From the NCBI RefSeq assembly GCF_038025025.1, contig NW_027117345.1, positions 248,001 to 312,000 of the forward strand: 64,000 bases of DNA, in the 5' to 3' direction. Under the pieces are notes generated by a model. That model was not told where the DNA came from. It ran no database searches and saw only the letters and a program-made list of their open reading frames with translations. The position numbers and the translations under genes are program-made. The stretch is from Phyllosticta citribraziliensis (Eukaryota). Position 1 is the stretch's first letter. Each line of letters opens with the position of its first letter. Below are positions 1-14,199 of the stretch, piece by piece.

Positions 1-1826
1 AGAGCGCAGCAGGTTGCCGCAGTGGAGGCGTTGGAAGGCCACTCAGATCGTGAGGTTGTGGTCAGGATGCTGGGTTGGAGGAGTGGCAGAGAGATGGAGA
101 GGTCAAGCTCACCAGGTCGAGAATTTTTGAAGATACTGATGCGTAGCCAAGCGCAGAAGTCGAGGCAGGAGCGCCGCTTCGGGTGAGCAACTCAGTCCAT
201 TTTTGGCCCGAACTGAACTGAACTGAATTTGACACAAAAAGTGTTAAATACGAGCCGAGGTGTTAAAGTTGACCACTCTGAAATAGTTTGACGCCTCCCT
301 CTTCTTGCTCCATTTTGACCAAGTTTGACTGCTGAAATGGGCTAATGCAATGTGCTTGAAGATGAGTTGGCCGTTGCCAGAGATGGCCTTCCTTACTCCA
401 TACCGACGTTTTTGGAACAACATCGTCAACGAGAAGCCCGCAGCCGCGCACTTTCTTCCTGAGTGGGATGAATACGGCTACTGCATCCTCGCTGCTGGAG
501 TAAAAAGAAATGTCCAGGATTCGATATGTCCTTCCCTGAGCCTAGTGGCATTCGAATACCCCTGAAAAGTATTTGACCCGAACATATTAACAATTCCAAG
601 CAAAACTTAGGTCAGATGCATTAAAGTCTCACAGCTCCAAGAGATAGACAAGCTCCTGGCCTAGGAAAAGAATGGCCGCGAAAAGGCGAAGTGTTGATCC
701 TCGGTGGAGGCGATCGAGCCAATTTTGCCATCACCATCACTTCAAAGATTTAAGCGACAATGCTGTCGTTAAACCATAGTTTCTCTGTCAGCCAGATATT
801 TACATATTGGAAATCGTGTTGTTGTCTTTTCGTGTGTCGTAAGGTCATGTAGAGTTGAGATAATGCACAGTGGACGTTTTCCGTCGACCCCTGGAACGTC
901 TGAATGCTCGCTTTTTCCTTTTCACGTGTATTGTGAAGGTCAAAAAGGACGACAGACTGGGCACAAGGGTTTCCGGTTTTAATGGCATGGATTGAAAGAA
1001 CCGACAGTGTTGTAATGAAGATCGCGAAGTAACCGCGATCAGACTACCTGCGGCCGTACTGCGCGACATTTCTCTAGTACCAAAGGTTCTGGAGCAGCGC
1101 ATGAGCATGAATGCTCGTCGTCGTCCAAAACCCATCAATTAGCCCGATTTCGAGCTTATTCGCTTTTTGGCGACGGGATACGGTCGTTATTAGTGGAATC
1201 GTTGATCATTGCTGTCTATTTAAGCTGTTGGCGACCTTTATTGGGTTGTGTATGAGAGAGGGATGATTACCATCTAATTGGCATCTGGTGCAATGGCCCT
1301 CAGAAGACTAAACACCGTTTTTGTCAGGGATCAGGATATCTCGTTGCATGGCTGGTGAGGAAACAGTTGCCGTGCATGAGTGTAAGACTTGTCCTGCCAT
1401 CCAGATCTAAAGAAGCACAAATTCAGCAAATTGATCACATCAAAGGATGGTTGCAGTTGCGCCCACAATTTATGAGATGCTTCGTTTTGGCTATTTGAGC
1501 CCAAAATTAGGCAAAATGCGTTGAAATTGAGCACTGGGGAGTGGAGCTGGCTGAACGATGACCAAACCTGGGAATGTCGGTCATCTGGGTGCTCGCCTTC
1601 CTCAATGCGTTCGTCCAAATTTCTTCCTCTTTGCTTCCGTCGAATCCTTTCTCACTCTGCACCGCCGTCGACCTCTCCACCTCGCCGTTTCCAGTCGTGA
1701 TATTGCCGCCGTGGCCTTCTCGTTGTTGGGGTCCTGGTTTTCAGGCCCCCTTCTGGCATATCATAACGCACCTTCAACTCCCGTTATGAAAGCCTCTACT
1801 CTTGTCTCTAGCCTTTTCAGAGTACC

Positions 1827-2885
1827 ATGGCGGGACCACCACCTCCTCTCAACGGCAACCAAGGAAACAACCCCGGCCAGTCTCAAAACAACATGTATTA
1901 GCTTCCGCCGCGACCACCGCCGCCATATTCTCGCCAAAATCAAAACAATTGGCCTCGGATTCCACCTCCACCGCCGCCCTCCCCTTAACAAAACCCAACT
2001 CCATCGTGGGGCTATCAGGATCCACAGCAGAACCAGGCCCCATCATCAGGCTATCAGGGCCCGCAGCGGTACCAGACTCCAGCTTTCGGTCATCAGGGGC
2101 CTATACAAGGCCCTACACACGTCTTCATCCCAGCTCCTCGGGAATATGTCCATGGTTGGCATAATCCGCACGCGACCAACTTTCCTCCGGGCCCAGGAAC
2201 AAACTACCCCTGGCCTGTAGCACCAGCTCCTCCATCGGTACCTCAGGGACAACAATTTTTTTGGAGCGTCGTGGCTTCCGTCTACCCATCCGGAGCCTTC
2301 GTCCTCCGACGCGCCCCCATCCACGCCAGCCCCCGCGCCAACTGGCAGACCAGGTACCAATTTCAAGAAGGCAAATGTCCATATTCGCCGCGAGCTGACT
2401 GAGGGCCTCCGAGAGTCTGTCAGTGAAAGAGAAGAGGTCTTTCTGCAGAATTGGAGGACACAGCAACAACACGAGTTGGTAGAAGCATTGCCGCAAGAAC
2501 TCGCGTTATTAGCACCGTCTGAGGGCTCAGCTGAGCAGACTGAGGCAACCAAGCGGCCAGCTGAGGTGGACTCTCCAAGCTCAATACCTGCCAAGCGCCG
2601 GAAAACCAAGGCCGACCTCCATGAAAGCAATGAAGATTGACATCAAGGATTGATGGAATGAGGGAGACCCGCCTGCAGTCGGGTGACGTTGTTGGTGGTT
2701 CGCTAGGTAGGATACATGTAGCTGAGTAGCTCTGGGCGCGTTCTCAAGCACGTCCGCTTCTATACAAGACAATGTCCACGTTTCCCAGATTCTCCAAGGA
2801 TCAACAGTTTGAACGCAAGCGTTGATGCTCTCGAGTCCGCATTGGCGACTGAAAGGACGATGGAGCTGCTTGTGCACTTCAAGAC
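1827..2885 (+). pseudogene. Decayed Pro/Gln-rich gene or element relic (copy 1 of a two-copy family in this window)
   Basis: The frame from ATG 1827 reads MAGPPPPLNGNQGNNPGQSQNNMY*LPPRPPPPY...SP*QNPTPSWGYQDP...GPTHVFIPAPREYVHGW, with in-frame TAG (1899) and TAA (1986) and a frameshift near the T7 run at 2256-2262. It continues ...EVDSPSSIPAKRRK and later ASVDALESALATERTMELLVHFK. Nucleotide and peptide similarity to the minus strand at ~21200-22175. Confidence 0.65.
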
Positions 2886-3808
2886 GGAGAATTCGCCGAA
2901 ATCAAGATTGGAAGAAGCGATTGTGGTAGAGCTTGAATGCGACTCGGCTTCACATGGCATCCAACTGGGACCTCTTAGTTGACCAGAATCAAAAATCTTG
3001 TTGGGGAGCTCGTGAAACGGCCAGAAGCATTTCAAAAGCCGATCTAGCAAACCCAGCCATTTGGGATCTTCAAAATCTGACGGACTTCCACTGTGCCTAA
3101 CGTTTGCGGGAAAGAGGCCACAGTCACTGCCGTTCTTGGGCGGGGCTCTTAGGTCGTCGCCGGGGCCAGGACGTCGGATCAGCGCCGGAAAGGAGGGGTT
3201 TGAAGACCTTTGCCATCGCGTTGATCAGGAACGAGGCAACTTTGAAAGCGTCCAGGGAGCGGCTGGCCCTCATATCTGGCAGACGGTGCTCTATTTCGCC
3301 ACGTATTTGGGAGGTTATCAAGTCGTTTCAGCTCAAACATCCACTATCTATCTGATCGATGTGGACTTTGAAATGGTCATGGTTGCGATGAGGCACATTG
3401 TAGGTTGGCTGGATTTTGAAGACGTGGGTAGATGGCAGTGAGACTGTAGCTGCGTTCAGAGAGCATTCATTCCCTACCACAGCTAGATGTTGAAAGCCCA
3501 CCTCTACCGTGGTTGCGTCCAGGGAACAGTCGTGTGCTGCTCCAGTCATGCTGAGGGAGCGGTCATTTGCCACTGACTGAAGGTATTCAAGACGCAGAAT
3601 ACCTGTGAACTATCAGCACACACACACACAACGGACGTATACTCCACAAGAGTCTGCAGTTTGGTCGACGAAAAAGCATGCCGCCACTCCCTTACCACTG
3701 CGTCTTCTCTCTTCGGACTCGAAACCTCATCGCCGTCTCGAGCCCCTTTTCCTAGAATCGAACCAGTCCTTCATCATAGCTGCCCCTGCGGCTCACCACA
3801 CCCACTCC

Positions 3809-3809
<1 letters not shown>

Positions 3810-3840
<31 letters not shown>
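3810..3840. repeat. Poly(C) homopolymer (31 nt)
   Basis: Uninterrupted C run read directly. Confidence 0.95.
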
Positions 3841-6800
3841 ATCAAAGAATAGAGCGGCGCTTCGCTCACCATAATCTCGTCTCGCACATAGCCTCTCGTG
3901 TCGCCTTGGCAGCCAACAGCGCTCTATCCCACGCACCCATGGATAGATGCACGCGGCGCCCAAAACGGCTGGACAAGACTCTCCGCCGACGCACAAGATC
4001 AAGTCCGCCACGATGTGATACGCATCGAGACATGCATGTCGCCATGCCTGCCCTGTGGTCACCGAGCCAAGGACGCAGGTGCCCATCCACGCTTCTTCGA
4101 TGCAGAGGAACACTTCGACGCACCGACTGCGCGATTATCCCAATTGAGACAAGACGAGACGAGACGAGATGAGGCGACGGACGGCGAGATAAGAAAGGAA
4201 AGCGCTCTACGCAATACGCCTGGCCACGAGGTGCCAAGCAAACAACCCGCTGGGTTGGACAGGCGGAGAGGCGAGATGAAATCAAACAACACGACGACCA
4301 TGACGACGACGATGGCATTCCCTCCCGACCTCCGCTACGCGCACCCACGCGCCGCAGCACGCAACGCCAGCAGCACCAGCACGCAACGGCATCCGCACCG
4401 CTCACAAGCAGAGCGTCTCAAGCGAAACGAAACGACAGCGAGCCTTGGCGCGCGCGCTGGGCGGGCGCCTAGCTGCTACGGTACCTATCCGGCCGGTCTG
4501 CGGTCTGCGTGCAACGATAAGTCCCCGACGCAACGCAACGCGACGCAACGCTACACAGCACAGCGAGCACGGCGGCACGCCGCCAAGCGTTTCCGCCATC
4601 ACCGCCGGCGCTTGGCAGATTTTCTCCTCTCTCTCGCTCTTTTTCTGTCCCGTGGGGCGTCGGCGCATTTCAGTGAAACACGAATGCACGGGCTGGGCAT
4701 GGCAGGTCCGCCGAGCGACGGAGGATGGACGGACGGACGCATCGTCGCTGGTGGATAGACACATACAAGCGTGCGTGCTTGGCGCGGGTGGAGTCGTCAG
4801 CGGCGCGTACGAGGTAGAAAGGCAGAAGGGGGCGGGATTTAGGATGCGGATCGGCGGTGCCAAGAGGCTTGGGAGATGGGACGAGGGACGATGGGCGGCG
4901 GATGAGTGGTTGGTCGGTTGGTTGGTTGCAGGCGTGTCTTTGCTTTCTATTCTGGGTCGCACGTACGTCCCTGACGGCGATGGCGACAGTAAATGAGAAA
5001 TTGAGGGGCCGAGGCGGAGGGAGGGAGGGAGCGTAGTTGAGATTCAGAGTCAGGGGGACACGCTTGTCTGGAGCAGCAGATGAATGGACGGGCATTGAGA
5101 TGTTTGTCGTGCTTTTTGCATTGTGGTAGTAGCGAGTACGGAATAGAGACTGTAAAGTGGTTAGTGAGATGGAGGGAGGTTCTGGACGATTAACATGCAG
5201 AGTACTATGGTGTACAAGAAAGAAATCGACTCGACTTACCCCCTCTTACCTATATCCTTTACCAAGCTGACTTAGTCGAAAAGGCCAATAAGCAAGAATG
5301 TATGCCACCCCTGACCGAGGAGTAAGTAGTCCAGGAGAAAGAGATGGAGACACAGTGCGGCGTCGAAAGAACTGAGACTGACTCCCAAATTCTGGCTGCG
5401 GCAGTGAGGAAATGCTTCCTCAGCGTAATTGCAGCAGAAGATCAAGGCCCCCTGATCACACTCCCGTCACCAGGTCTCGTTTCTATCAACACCCACCCTC
5501 CATAGAGAGCGAGAGATAGCAGAGAGATGGAGAGAAAGCACAGCACAGCCACAAGACCTACCTAGCACATCTCCAGGCGCAGCAGGGAGTGGCGCTCGCA
5601 TTCTAGAACGCATCACGGCAGACCCTAGCCAGCCAGCCAGCCCTACCGCCTGGCGTGGCCTGGCGCGTTGCGGGTGCGGTCAACATCACCACCACCAACA
5701 ACAACAACGACACCAACACCAAAAGCCACCCCGTCACACCATTCCAAAGAGCCATTGACTACCGGCAGATTCGGCACTCTCCTGGCGCAGCTGCCACATG
5801 ACGGTACCGGTAGTGTGCCGACATCGCGTGGCTTGCTGGCCACCTTAGCCCGTGAGCTAGCACGGCACCAGTCCACCCACCCGGCACGCACGCAGACACC
5901 CGTCGCCGGACCCAAACTATTCCCGTCCACAAGGTCGGTGCACCCACGGGAACGGGGCCGGAGGGCGGATGGGCTTGCCCGCCTGTCTGTCAACGGGCGG
6001 CGAGCCGGCGTGGCGGTTTTGGGATCGTTGTTGGTTTCGTCCGCGCGCGCGGAGCTGACAAATGGGTGGATGGGCGGCTGTTCGTGCTTTTGACGCCTGT
6101 CTGTCTCGTTGGTGTAAGTAGCGCTATTGGTGGTGTTGGTGGTGATGGTGCTGGTCATCGGGCACCATCCGTTCTTTCGTACGAGGAGGCGTCCTCTGCA
6201 GGGCAGCAACAGTGGCAGTATGGCTGGCTGCCATGGGTGGCTGACTACTGGGCTGATTACCGGAATGTAGACAGATAGTTTTACCACGCTCGCGCCGGCG
6301 ACAGCCCAAGTGGCTGATTTGATGCCGGATCTTGACTTTCTCCTCGATGTTTGCGTCATCGCGAGTAAGAGGAGAAGATGTTACGCGAAGATTGGACGCG
6401 TTTGTGATACTGTGCCCGGCGCGCTGCTCCTACCCAATGAGGAAATACCATTGCGGACGAGTCGAACTGCGCGCAGTCGGTTAGCCAGGCAGGTGGTCGA
6501 CACCAGACAACGACTCGTCATCGCCGTCGTGGCCGGTCGCCGTTGGCATCCCGCAAATTCCACGTCTCTGCGCCAAAGGCGATGTTCTTCCTCTCCACCT
6601 ACCTCCATGTCATCACCACTGATTGCCATCCGCGCAGCCCGCTGCCGTAAGAGCCGCGAAAAGGCAACGTCATCGCGAAAACGCCATTGACAGCTGAAAA
6701 AGCCTCGCGCGCGCGGCATTTGCTGCAAAACGGATGCTTACTCACGCACTCATCAACAGCACCGTTGAGCAGACCAGCAAGACCAACGCAAGGGTCAGTC

Positions 6801-9800
6801 AGAAGCGGTAGGGTCGGGCCGCCCGGCAAGAGGGCGCTTGCGCGCGCGCTCAACCGCTCGCAGGTCCTTCCGTGTCTTCAGTGCTTGCCGTTCGGCAGTC
6901 TAGGCCGGGGGTCGCGCTTCGGTCGGCACGGCAGAGGACAGGGAAGCCCAGGCGGGTTGAAGGAAAAAACTTGGGCCCCTGCCGAGGTCTTGGACCCAGA
7001 TCCGACGACCTGGCAAGACGGCTCTGCAGGTGGCGACGCGGTTTTTCTTCGTTGGAGTGTTCAGCCAGCTGAGCATGCAGTGGCAACTTGGGGCGAACAG
7101 GTCTGACGTTCCTTGTCCATACCGATACTCGCCGTCCGCGGGCGAAAAGACGTAAAAGCATGAAAAGTCAAAAGCTCAAAAACAGGAAGCTCGACAGAAA
7201 GGATGAAACAGAAGCAAGAGAGGCGAGCCACATCCCACGCGCGTACCGCCTGCTCGGTCACAACAGTGTCAAAGCAGGCAAGCCGGGAAGCGTACCGATG
7301 GCTTTTTAGGTGACCTACCCGATCAGGCAAGCGGCGGCGACTTCAACGCTTTTTGTTCCCTGGCTACCCCACGCAGGCATGCCAGGGAGGCCCTGGTGTT
7401 GTTGTTGAACGCCCTACCCCAACGACGACGGCGTGGTGCGCGGGTTTCTGCGCAAAGAAAGAATTTTCATTGGCGCAACGGCTCCATGTGAAACAGCGAG
7501 TGGTGAGAGAATGGACGCGACGGCGAAAAGTGAGGAAGAAACGTAAAAATGGAAAAGACGTCGCGAGGACGGGGCGCCTCTCTGCAAGGCGACTTGCGTG
7601 ATGAAATCTTAGGAGCGACGAGAGAAAAGAGGACATGGAACAGGAAATAAGAAAGAGACAGCTACACCATAGGCGGCGCCTGTCTTAGACCCAAATGCCT
7701 CTCCATCTTGAGCGTCGCAAGGGCAGAGCGTTGTCGTTGGAGTTGTTGCAAAGCACCAGAGGCACGCCCATAGGCCCTGGCGTGGGCGCCTGGCAGCCCA
7801 GACGGAGATGCGGACTGAAGGACCCCAGCAGAAGACGGAGACGGTAGCCCGACGCCGAAGAAAATCGCGCAGCGGAGACACCCGCACAAACCTGGTCCCC
7901 GTATTGATGCACTGGGAGCATGCCTGTCTGACGTATGGCCTCTATCCGCACGTCGAGTCGCCGGCCGACTCCCCCCTCGCCGCTCCCCTCTCTGCGCCCG
8001 ACGCGACCTGGCGAGAAACACGACGCGTCGTCTGCGGCAATGCGCATTGATGACACCGGCGATGGCTTGCGCCTTTGGTCAGTCGCGTGCCGGCTTCCCC
8101 GTCCCAGAGCTGCGTGTTTGGGGTCGGGTTTTCCGCTGCTGTGCCCTGACGTCGGCGGCTGAATTTGCCATTGCTGCCCTTGCTTATTCCCTCCAGTCAG
8201 CATGGCGCGCATACGCTATTGCATTTGCATGACATTTGTTGGCTCGCATTCGTGTCCGGCGAAGGCAGGTGGCTGGTCGGCCTGGCGGATGTCTTTTGCG
8301 ACTTTTTGGTCTGCTGCTGGCGGCTGCGAAGCTCTGAGCCAACCGCTGCAATGCTGCCGATCCGATTGCCCGAAGCGACAGGATGCCGGATGAAATCCGT
8401 GTTGAAGAGGAGAACAGGCTGAGAACAGGCTGTCCTCCAAACCACACCACCAATTGCATGTACCTACAGCTCGACGCCTTCCATAGGTGTAGATAACTCG
8501 GGTCTCTTCGGTGCGGCGCGGACATGATCCGGAGCACGACTACACGTCCTGCTCTTCTCCTATTCAACTGCGAACGCGGACGATGAACAGACGGGCAGGT
8601 GGTGGTGTTAGGTGTGGTCGCCATGAAGGTTCACGTTCGCTCCAGCCTCGGATCCGACGGTGATGCGATGCGATGCGATAAGGTGTACAGCCCAGCAGCA
8701 GCAGCAGCAGCAGCAGCAATATGCGGGTTCTGCCCGCTGGCTGTTGCAGCTGCTGCTGCAGCCGCCGCCGCCTCTGCCGCCATGATACGCGGCATTTTCT
8801 CGACTCCTTGAATGATGATGATGCGGGCGCCCTGTCCTGTCCTGGCCTTGGTTTATCGTTTCTTTGTTTCGAGGCATTTTCGCCCTCTGCCGCATCCAAT
8901 AGTCATGGCTCCCATTATTCATTACCGCTCGGTGGTTTCGGCTGTGCGGCTCGAGGCCGCGTGCGGCGTGGCAAGTGCCGGGAAGGTGGTAGTAAGACCA
9001 ATATCGGGTGGTCAGCGAACGGCGAGCGAGCGCGCGTCGTCCGTTGTGGTATCATGGCGCGTCGGCCGAGGAAGCCTGCCTTGGAGGCGTGGCGACGGCT
9101 GGGGGAGGAGAGGGTCGAAAGAAATGACGGCGGCGACGGTGGAAAAAAGAGAGATGGCAGAAAGAAGCCCAGACGTTTGGAGTTGCTGGTAGAGAAGAGA
9201 GAGAGGAACCTACGTCGACTGAAGTTGAAACTAGCGGTAGCGTGGCACACCCTCCATTGCTCTCCATCCCGTCCGCGCCTTCCCAACACGGCAATGCGCC
9301 ACGTGAGTGAGGTGAATCCAAGATTGACGTCGAGAGGTCGCTCCGGCCTCCCCGTCGTCACCCACACACCGTGGCAGCATCACAACAAAGAAAAGAACTG
9401 CGTGGCGGAACAATGCTCCAATAAAGCATGGCCTCCCATGTCCCTGCCCAGCTGGGTAGGTAGGGGACGAGGCACAGGGTAGGGGTAAAAATCGCTCAGC
9501 CCTATCACCACCATCCACCTGTACCGAACACCCTAACCAAAGCCAGAACCCCCACGCAAACGCCCTCCCAGACCACGAACCGCATCATTCTGCCTTGCAC
9601 ACCCCGACCTTGCGGGCTCAACCTTGCTTGCCCTGCTCAGTATGGTCTCACTGATCCCTACCTATTTTCTTAGTCTGCAGTCCTGGAGCCTGTGCCTGCC
9701 TCGCCCGCGCGAGCGATTAATGCACATACATACGCCGTCAGGCCAATTGAGAGATCTCCGAGACTCGTCCTCACGGCGAGGAGCACCGATTCCTTCTAGA

Positions 9801-10844
9801 AACAGCGAGGAAAGACGAGGCGTACTCCTAGGAAAAGAAGCATCCAGAAAAACGTTGATCAATCATTCAACGCGTAGTCAGAGATCGTGCTGGCTGGCTA
9901 TGCGCATCTGATTCGCCACCGCACATCACCACATCGACACATCCTCAGGCACCAGTACAGTCTCGACCCAACGAACGAACGAACGGGCGGTATGTGCCCC
10001 CACATCCACATCCACACGTTGCTGGCCGGTCTGCTTTGGTTTCTGTGGAGAGCGTGGTCCAAACACACCAGGGGGTGGGGGAGTGGCGACGGCCGCCCGG
10101 CTCGCCTCTCTGGTGGCGATGCAAATCCCCCTGACGATTGATACCGCGCTGGCGGGCACGGCGGGCACTCTAGGGGTAGTGGTAGGTAGGTAGACAGGTT
10201 CCACAGACCACGCGTGTGAGGAGGGAGAGAGGCTGGAGTGGCGGCTGATAGACTGACTGAACTGACGGGGAGCGAAATGGCACAAACCACATGCTCTACT
10301 GCTGACCAGCTGCTACTGTCTCCCACATCCCTTCTTGGTAGTCGTGACCCTACCGTTTGCCACCCATCTGTCATCTATCATCTGTCATTTGCCATCTTGT
10401 CATCGGCGCCACAGCGCAACGCAACGCGTCGTAAATGCCTCACTCGCGCAGCGTTCTCCCTCCCTCCGCCCCCCCATCACGCACAACCACCACCACCGAA
10501 TCTCAGCCCTACAGCGCGGTACGGCGAAGGTATCCGACGCGGCGGCGGAAGCGGAAGCGGAAACGGCGGCAGCATCTCGCAGACCCAACTAACCGTAGTG
10601 ATCCGAACAAGGCCGCTACACCCTTGCCTGTCCCCGACGAGCACTGCCACCACCATCTATCCTGCCTAACCAACGCGACGGATCCGCTGCCAGGTATGGT
10701 TGAGATAGGTAAGGCACAGGGGGGAGGGGGTGAAGGAAAACAGCGGCGCGTGGCGGGGCGGTCCGTCCCGTCCCGTCCCGGCCGTTGGTCGTCGTGTCCT
10801 GGAACTGGAACCCGGCTCGTCGGTTGGGGTTTCGAGTCGTCGAG

Positions 10845-10897
10845 CTGGCTGGCTGGCTGGTTGGCTGTCTGGCTGGCTGGTTGGCTGTCTGGCTGGC
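10845..10897. repeat. Imperfect (GGCT/GGTT)n tetranucleotide microsatellite
   Basis: ctggctggctggctggttggctgtctggctggctggttggct... read directly; one of many SSRs in the gene-poor region. Confidence 0.85.
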
Positions 10898-13800
10898 TTG
10901 TTTAGCACTTGGTCGGTTGGCTATCTGGTTAGTTAGCCCGCCGGCCGCCAGGGGGTGGTGTGGCGGTGGTGTGTGGCGCGGTGGAGGCAGGGTTGAAGCT
11001 GGGAGGTAGATGGCTGCCTATGGATAGGTAACTATGTAAGTAGACGTGTAGGTGAATGGCAGACGACGCACTGCGAGATGCAAAGGAAAATGGCCGTAGT
11101 CGACAACAGCCGAAAGATGGACTGGCGGTTAGTGCTTCCCCCAGACAACGGTCAAGTAACTTTGAATGTGTGCGATCACGAGTACACGGGCAAGTCGCCG
11201 CTTGCAGACAGGAGGTTGGGCTTGGAAGGGGGAGGGGGCTGGCAGCGGCGACGGATTAATTGGTCAATTGCCGCACAGAGAGCAGCGTCTGTGAAGCAAT
11301 ACGAATACCGCGTCAGTATAGCTTCGCCGCGCCGTCGAGCTGCTCTTGGCCTCATCTCGTTTTGCTCGCGGCCCCTTTTTGATTGCAATCCGCACGAGTA
11401 GTAGCAGCAGCAAGTCATTTTGTTGGTGCCATGACTGCTGTGCCCCATCAGAAACAGGTAACGGTGCAACGACTCTGCTACTTCCAAGACCCAGCCACGG
11501 AGACCGAGCATGCCCCAAGGCTGCCAATTGCCAAGAAGAGTGCGTCGTTGCTGTGTTGCACCTGGCTAGTAGGTGGTAGGGCAATCCTGTTAGTCAGACG
11601 GCGGTGCTTGACTGTTTGACTGGGCGCGGGAGATCAGCTCGAGTACCGCTTTGCGATGCGCGAAATCTGGTACGCCGGTGGCGGTCTTGGCCTGCCGGCC
11701 TTGGGGGGGAAGAGGGAGACGATGTCTTTCGTCCTTGCCACCGCCCGCCAGACGAGTTGCGGCATACCCCACGCGGAGAGAGGAAATGCCTGACGCGGGA
11801 ATAAGTTCCCTAGCGTCGGCCCCCATTGCTGCTGGGGCCGGGCAGCGAATCAGAGGGGCCGTCTTTGAAGCTGAGGCTGGCCGGCTGGTAGCCGCATAAC
11901 GGGCCGAGGGAGACAGACTGGGTCCTGACTAGCGGGCATTGGCGGCATGCGTTCCTTTGGGAGCCGGAGGTTGCTCTTGGGGGGGGCAGGATTATGATGA
12001 CATGTCTCCCCCAGATTGACATGTATGATGCAAGAAAAGAGGAGCGCTTGGCAGGCGGTCAAATAATAATGCAAAGCATGGCCGACATGTTCATCGGCGC
12101 ATACGGGGGGACGAGCAAAGGCACGGCAGCAGTCCAGGCGGCGGGCATCAGGAGGAGAGGTGTTGAGGCGGCCTCCCACAGGCGAGGGATTACTCCAGAC
12201 TCTCGGCCCTGCTTGTCTCATGCAAAAATCCGGGGCAAGGAAGAAAAAAGGGCGTCGGCCGGTCGGGGCAGGATGCCAATGCGGAGAGGGAGGAGACGAG
12301 TGCACTGGACAGGGCGGTCGAGATTGCACGCGCAGATGAGGACCGTATTCCGGCTTGAGTATCGGTGACACGGGGACATGGCGCGCAGGTGGCTCTGGAA
12401 TGAGGACCGACAGGACGAGCAATGAGCAACGGATCGGGCAAGGTGGCATGCACGCGCGCCGCACTCGGTTTTGGGGCAGAGGAAGAGCGCTGAGGCGTGA
12501 GAGAAGAGAGCGGAGGTTGGCTGCAGACGGGCCGATTCGGACAGCGGCAAGGAGGCCTGGAGGGGCAGAGGGCAGAGGGCAGGAAGAATTTGTTTCATGC
12601 AGACGAGGACAAGAAGCGGCGGGAGTCGAGACAATTGACGAGGACTGAGTACCGGTGTTGGAGGTGGGTGGTTCGGCCGACTTGCTCATAGAATTTGCTG
12701 TCACTGCAGCTCAGCATGGCAGCTATCTGCGGGAGAAGCCTGCACCGAAGGCGCGCGGTTGCCGCTGATTGGACGGGCCACGTTGGCCACTGCAAGCGCG
12801 TGGGCACGGGCCGCGGCCACGCTAGGCTACCTTAGGTTGATCCATCCATCCACCTCAGGCTAACCTGGGCTGGTGCTAACCCAACGCTTCTCTCAGCTCT
12901 CACTTGCGGACAATACACCGTCCCCTCGCCGGCGCCGTCACTGTGCGCGCTTGCTCACGTCACTCGTCACTCGCCGTCGGGTAGGGCGACGGCTCAGGCA
13001 CATTCCTGTCGTGCCCTTCTTCTGAATCTGCGCTAGGCTTGACTGGCTGGACCGACTCCACTGTTTTCATCTCCAGGCGCTCCACCCACCGCTGCTCGGC
13101 CGCCCGCCCCAGCACCCTGCAGATCCACGCCGCCTGCCGTCCGCCATGTAGCAATCGTCTCTGGGCTCTGTCTAGTCGAGACCCCGTGGGTGCCGGCCAG
13201 AGGTGTCGAGAGGCGGCCTGGAGGGCACCGAGAGCGCAAACGTCACATTCAGGACGTCGTGTCGCGGGGCGGCTCGGCCTCTGGATGCGGTGCGGTGCGG
13301 AGATCGGACAGCGACGAAGAGGAATGCAAAGGATGCAGAGCCAAGTTATGGTCAGAGCAAGGCGCCCACAGCTGCCAGTTGTGCGGGCTCTCGACACACA
13401 GGACACTTGATACCTCGAGCCGGCGCTACGTTTCTCGCTAGCTTGGAGCTTCGACCTACCTGCTGATGGATTGTCGGTGCGAGGGACGCGTGCGTCGGCA
13501 GTGAAAGGCGGTGGATGGGATAAGCAGCGGTCAGAGGGAAGCCGGAGGCGGAGGCGGAGGCCGAGGGCGAAGACGGCTTGGTGAGAGAAGACAGAGGGAG
13601 CGAGAGGGAGAGAGCGAAAGAGACAAGAAATTTCTTCTTCTCAAACATGGATTGTTGGTGGGTGGCCGCCCGTCTGTTTTGCTGCGAGCGTGTCGCTTAT
13701 CGGAAAGCCGTCCTCAATCTCCGAGTAGCAGCAGTCCCACGGGCTGGGCCAGAGGCACTCCCTCCAGCAGACAAAAAATCGCGCGGCTCTCAAGGGCGGC

Positions 13801-14120
13801 CATGGCGGCGGATCGAACGGCAATCATTTGCTCGGCTTAAACGTCACACAGGCTTGTTGCCCTGGGCCACCCACATGCACCCCCGACTGACGCCGCTACC
13901 TCTCTCTCGCCGTTTCTCCGGTGGTGCCCTGTGCAATCATCATCCGCCCAGCCATCTCTCATAAAGGCGCCTTCGCCCCGGCCCTCGTCACAAGCCTTTC
14001 TCTTCTTCACTCTTGTTCGTCTTCTCGTGTTTGATCGAGCGACAAGTGTGGGTTGCGCCAGGCGCCGTCAAGTTCAAGCAATCATCGCGTCGCGGGCGGA
14101 ACTGAAATCTCCCCTCCCTC

Positions 14121-14127
14121 TATAAAA
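14121..14127 (+). promoter_or_regulatory. TATA-like box upstream of the H+-ATPase
   Basis: TATAAAA about 80 nt upstream of ATG 14200, followed by a CT-rich tract typical of highly expressed fungal genes. Confidence 0.4.
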
Positions 14128-14199
14128 CTTTTTCTCCTCGCTCGTTCTGCCTCCTCTTTACCTCCCCCCCTCCCCAACACCTATCCAACCTAATCCAAA

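Noticed and set aside
210..270. (GAACT)3 repeat and short hairpin tttgacac-aaaaa-gtgttaaa, considered as a transposon terminus
   Set aside because: Too short, and I found no matching terminus or target-site duplication in the window.
350..565. 71-aa ORF in AT-richer DNA upstream of pseudogene copy 1
   Set aside because: Protein-like composition but no recognisable motif or splice structure; it may be another relic fragment, but this cannot be supported.
3866..13964. Many 60-290 aa ORFs in the gene-poor region
   Set aside because: Arg/Ala/Pro-rich translations of GC-rich microsatellite DNA, overlapping in all frames, with no codon bias or domains.
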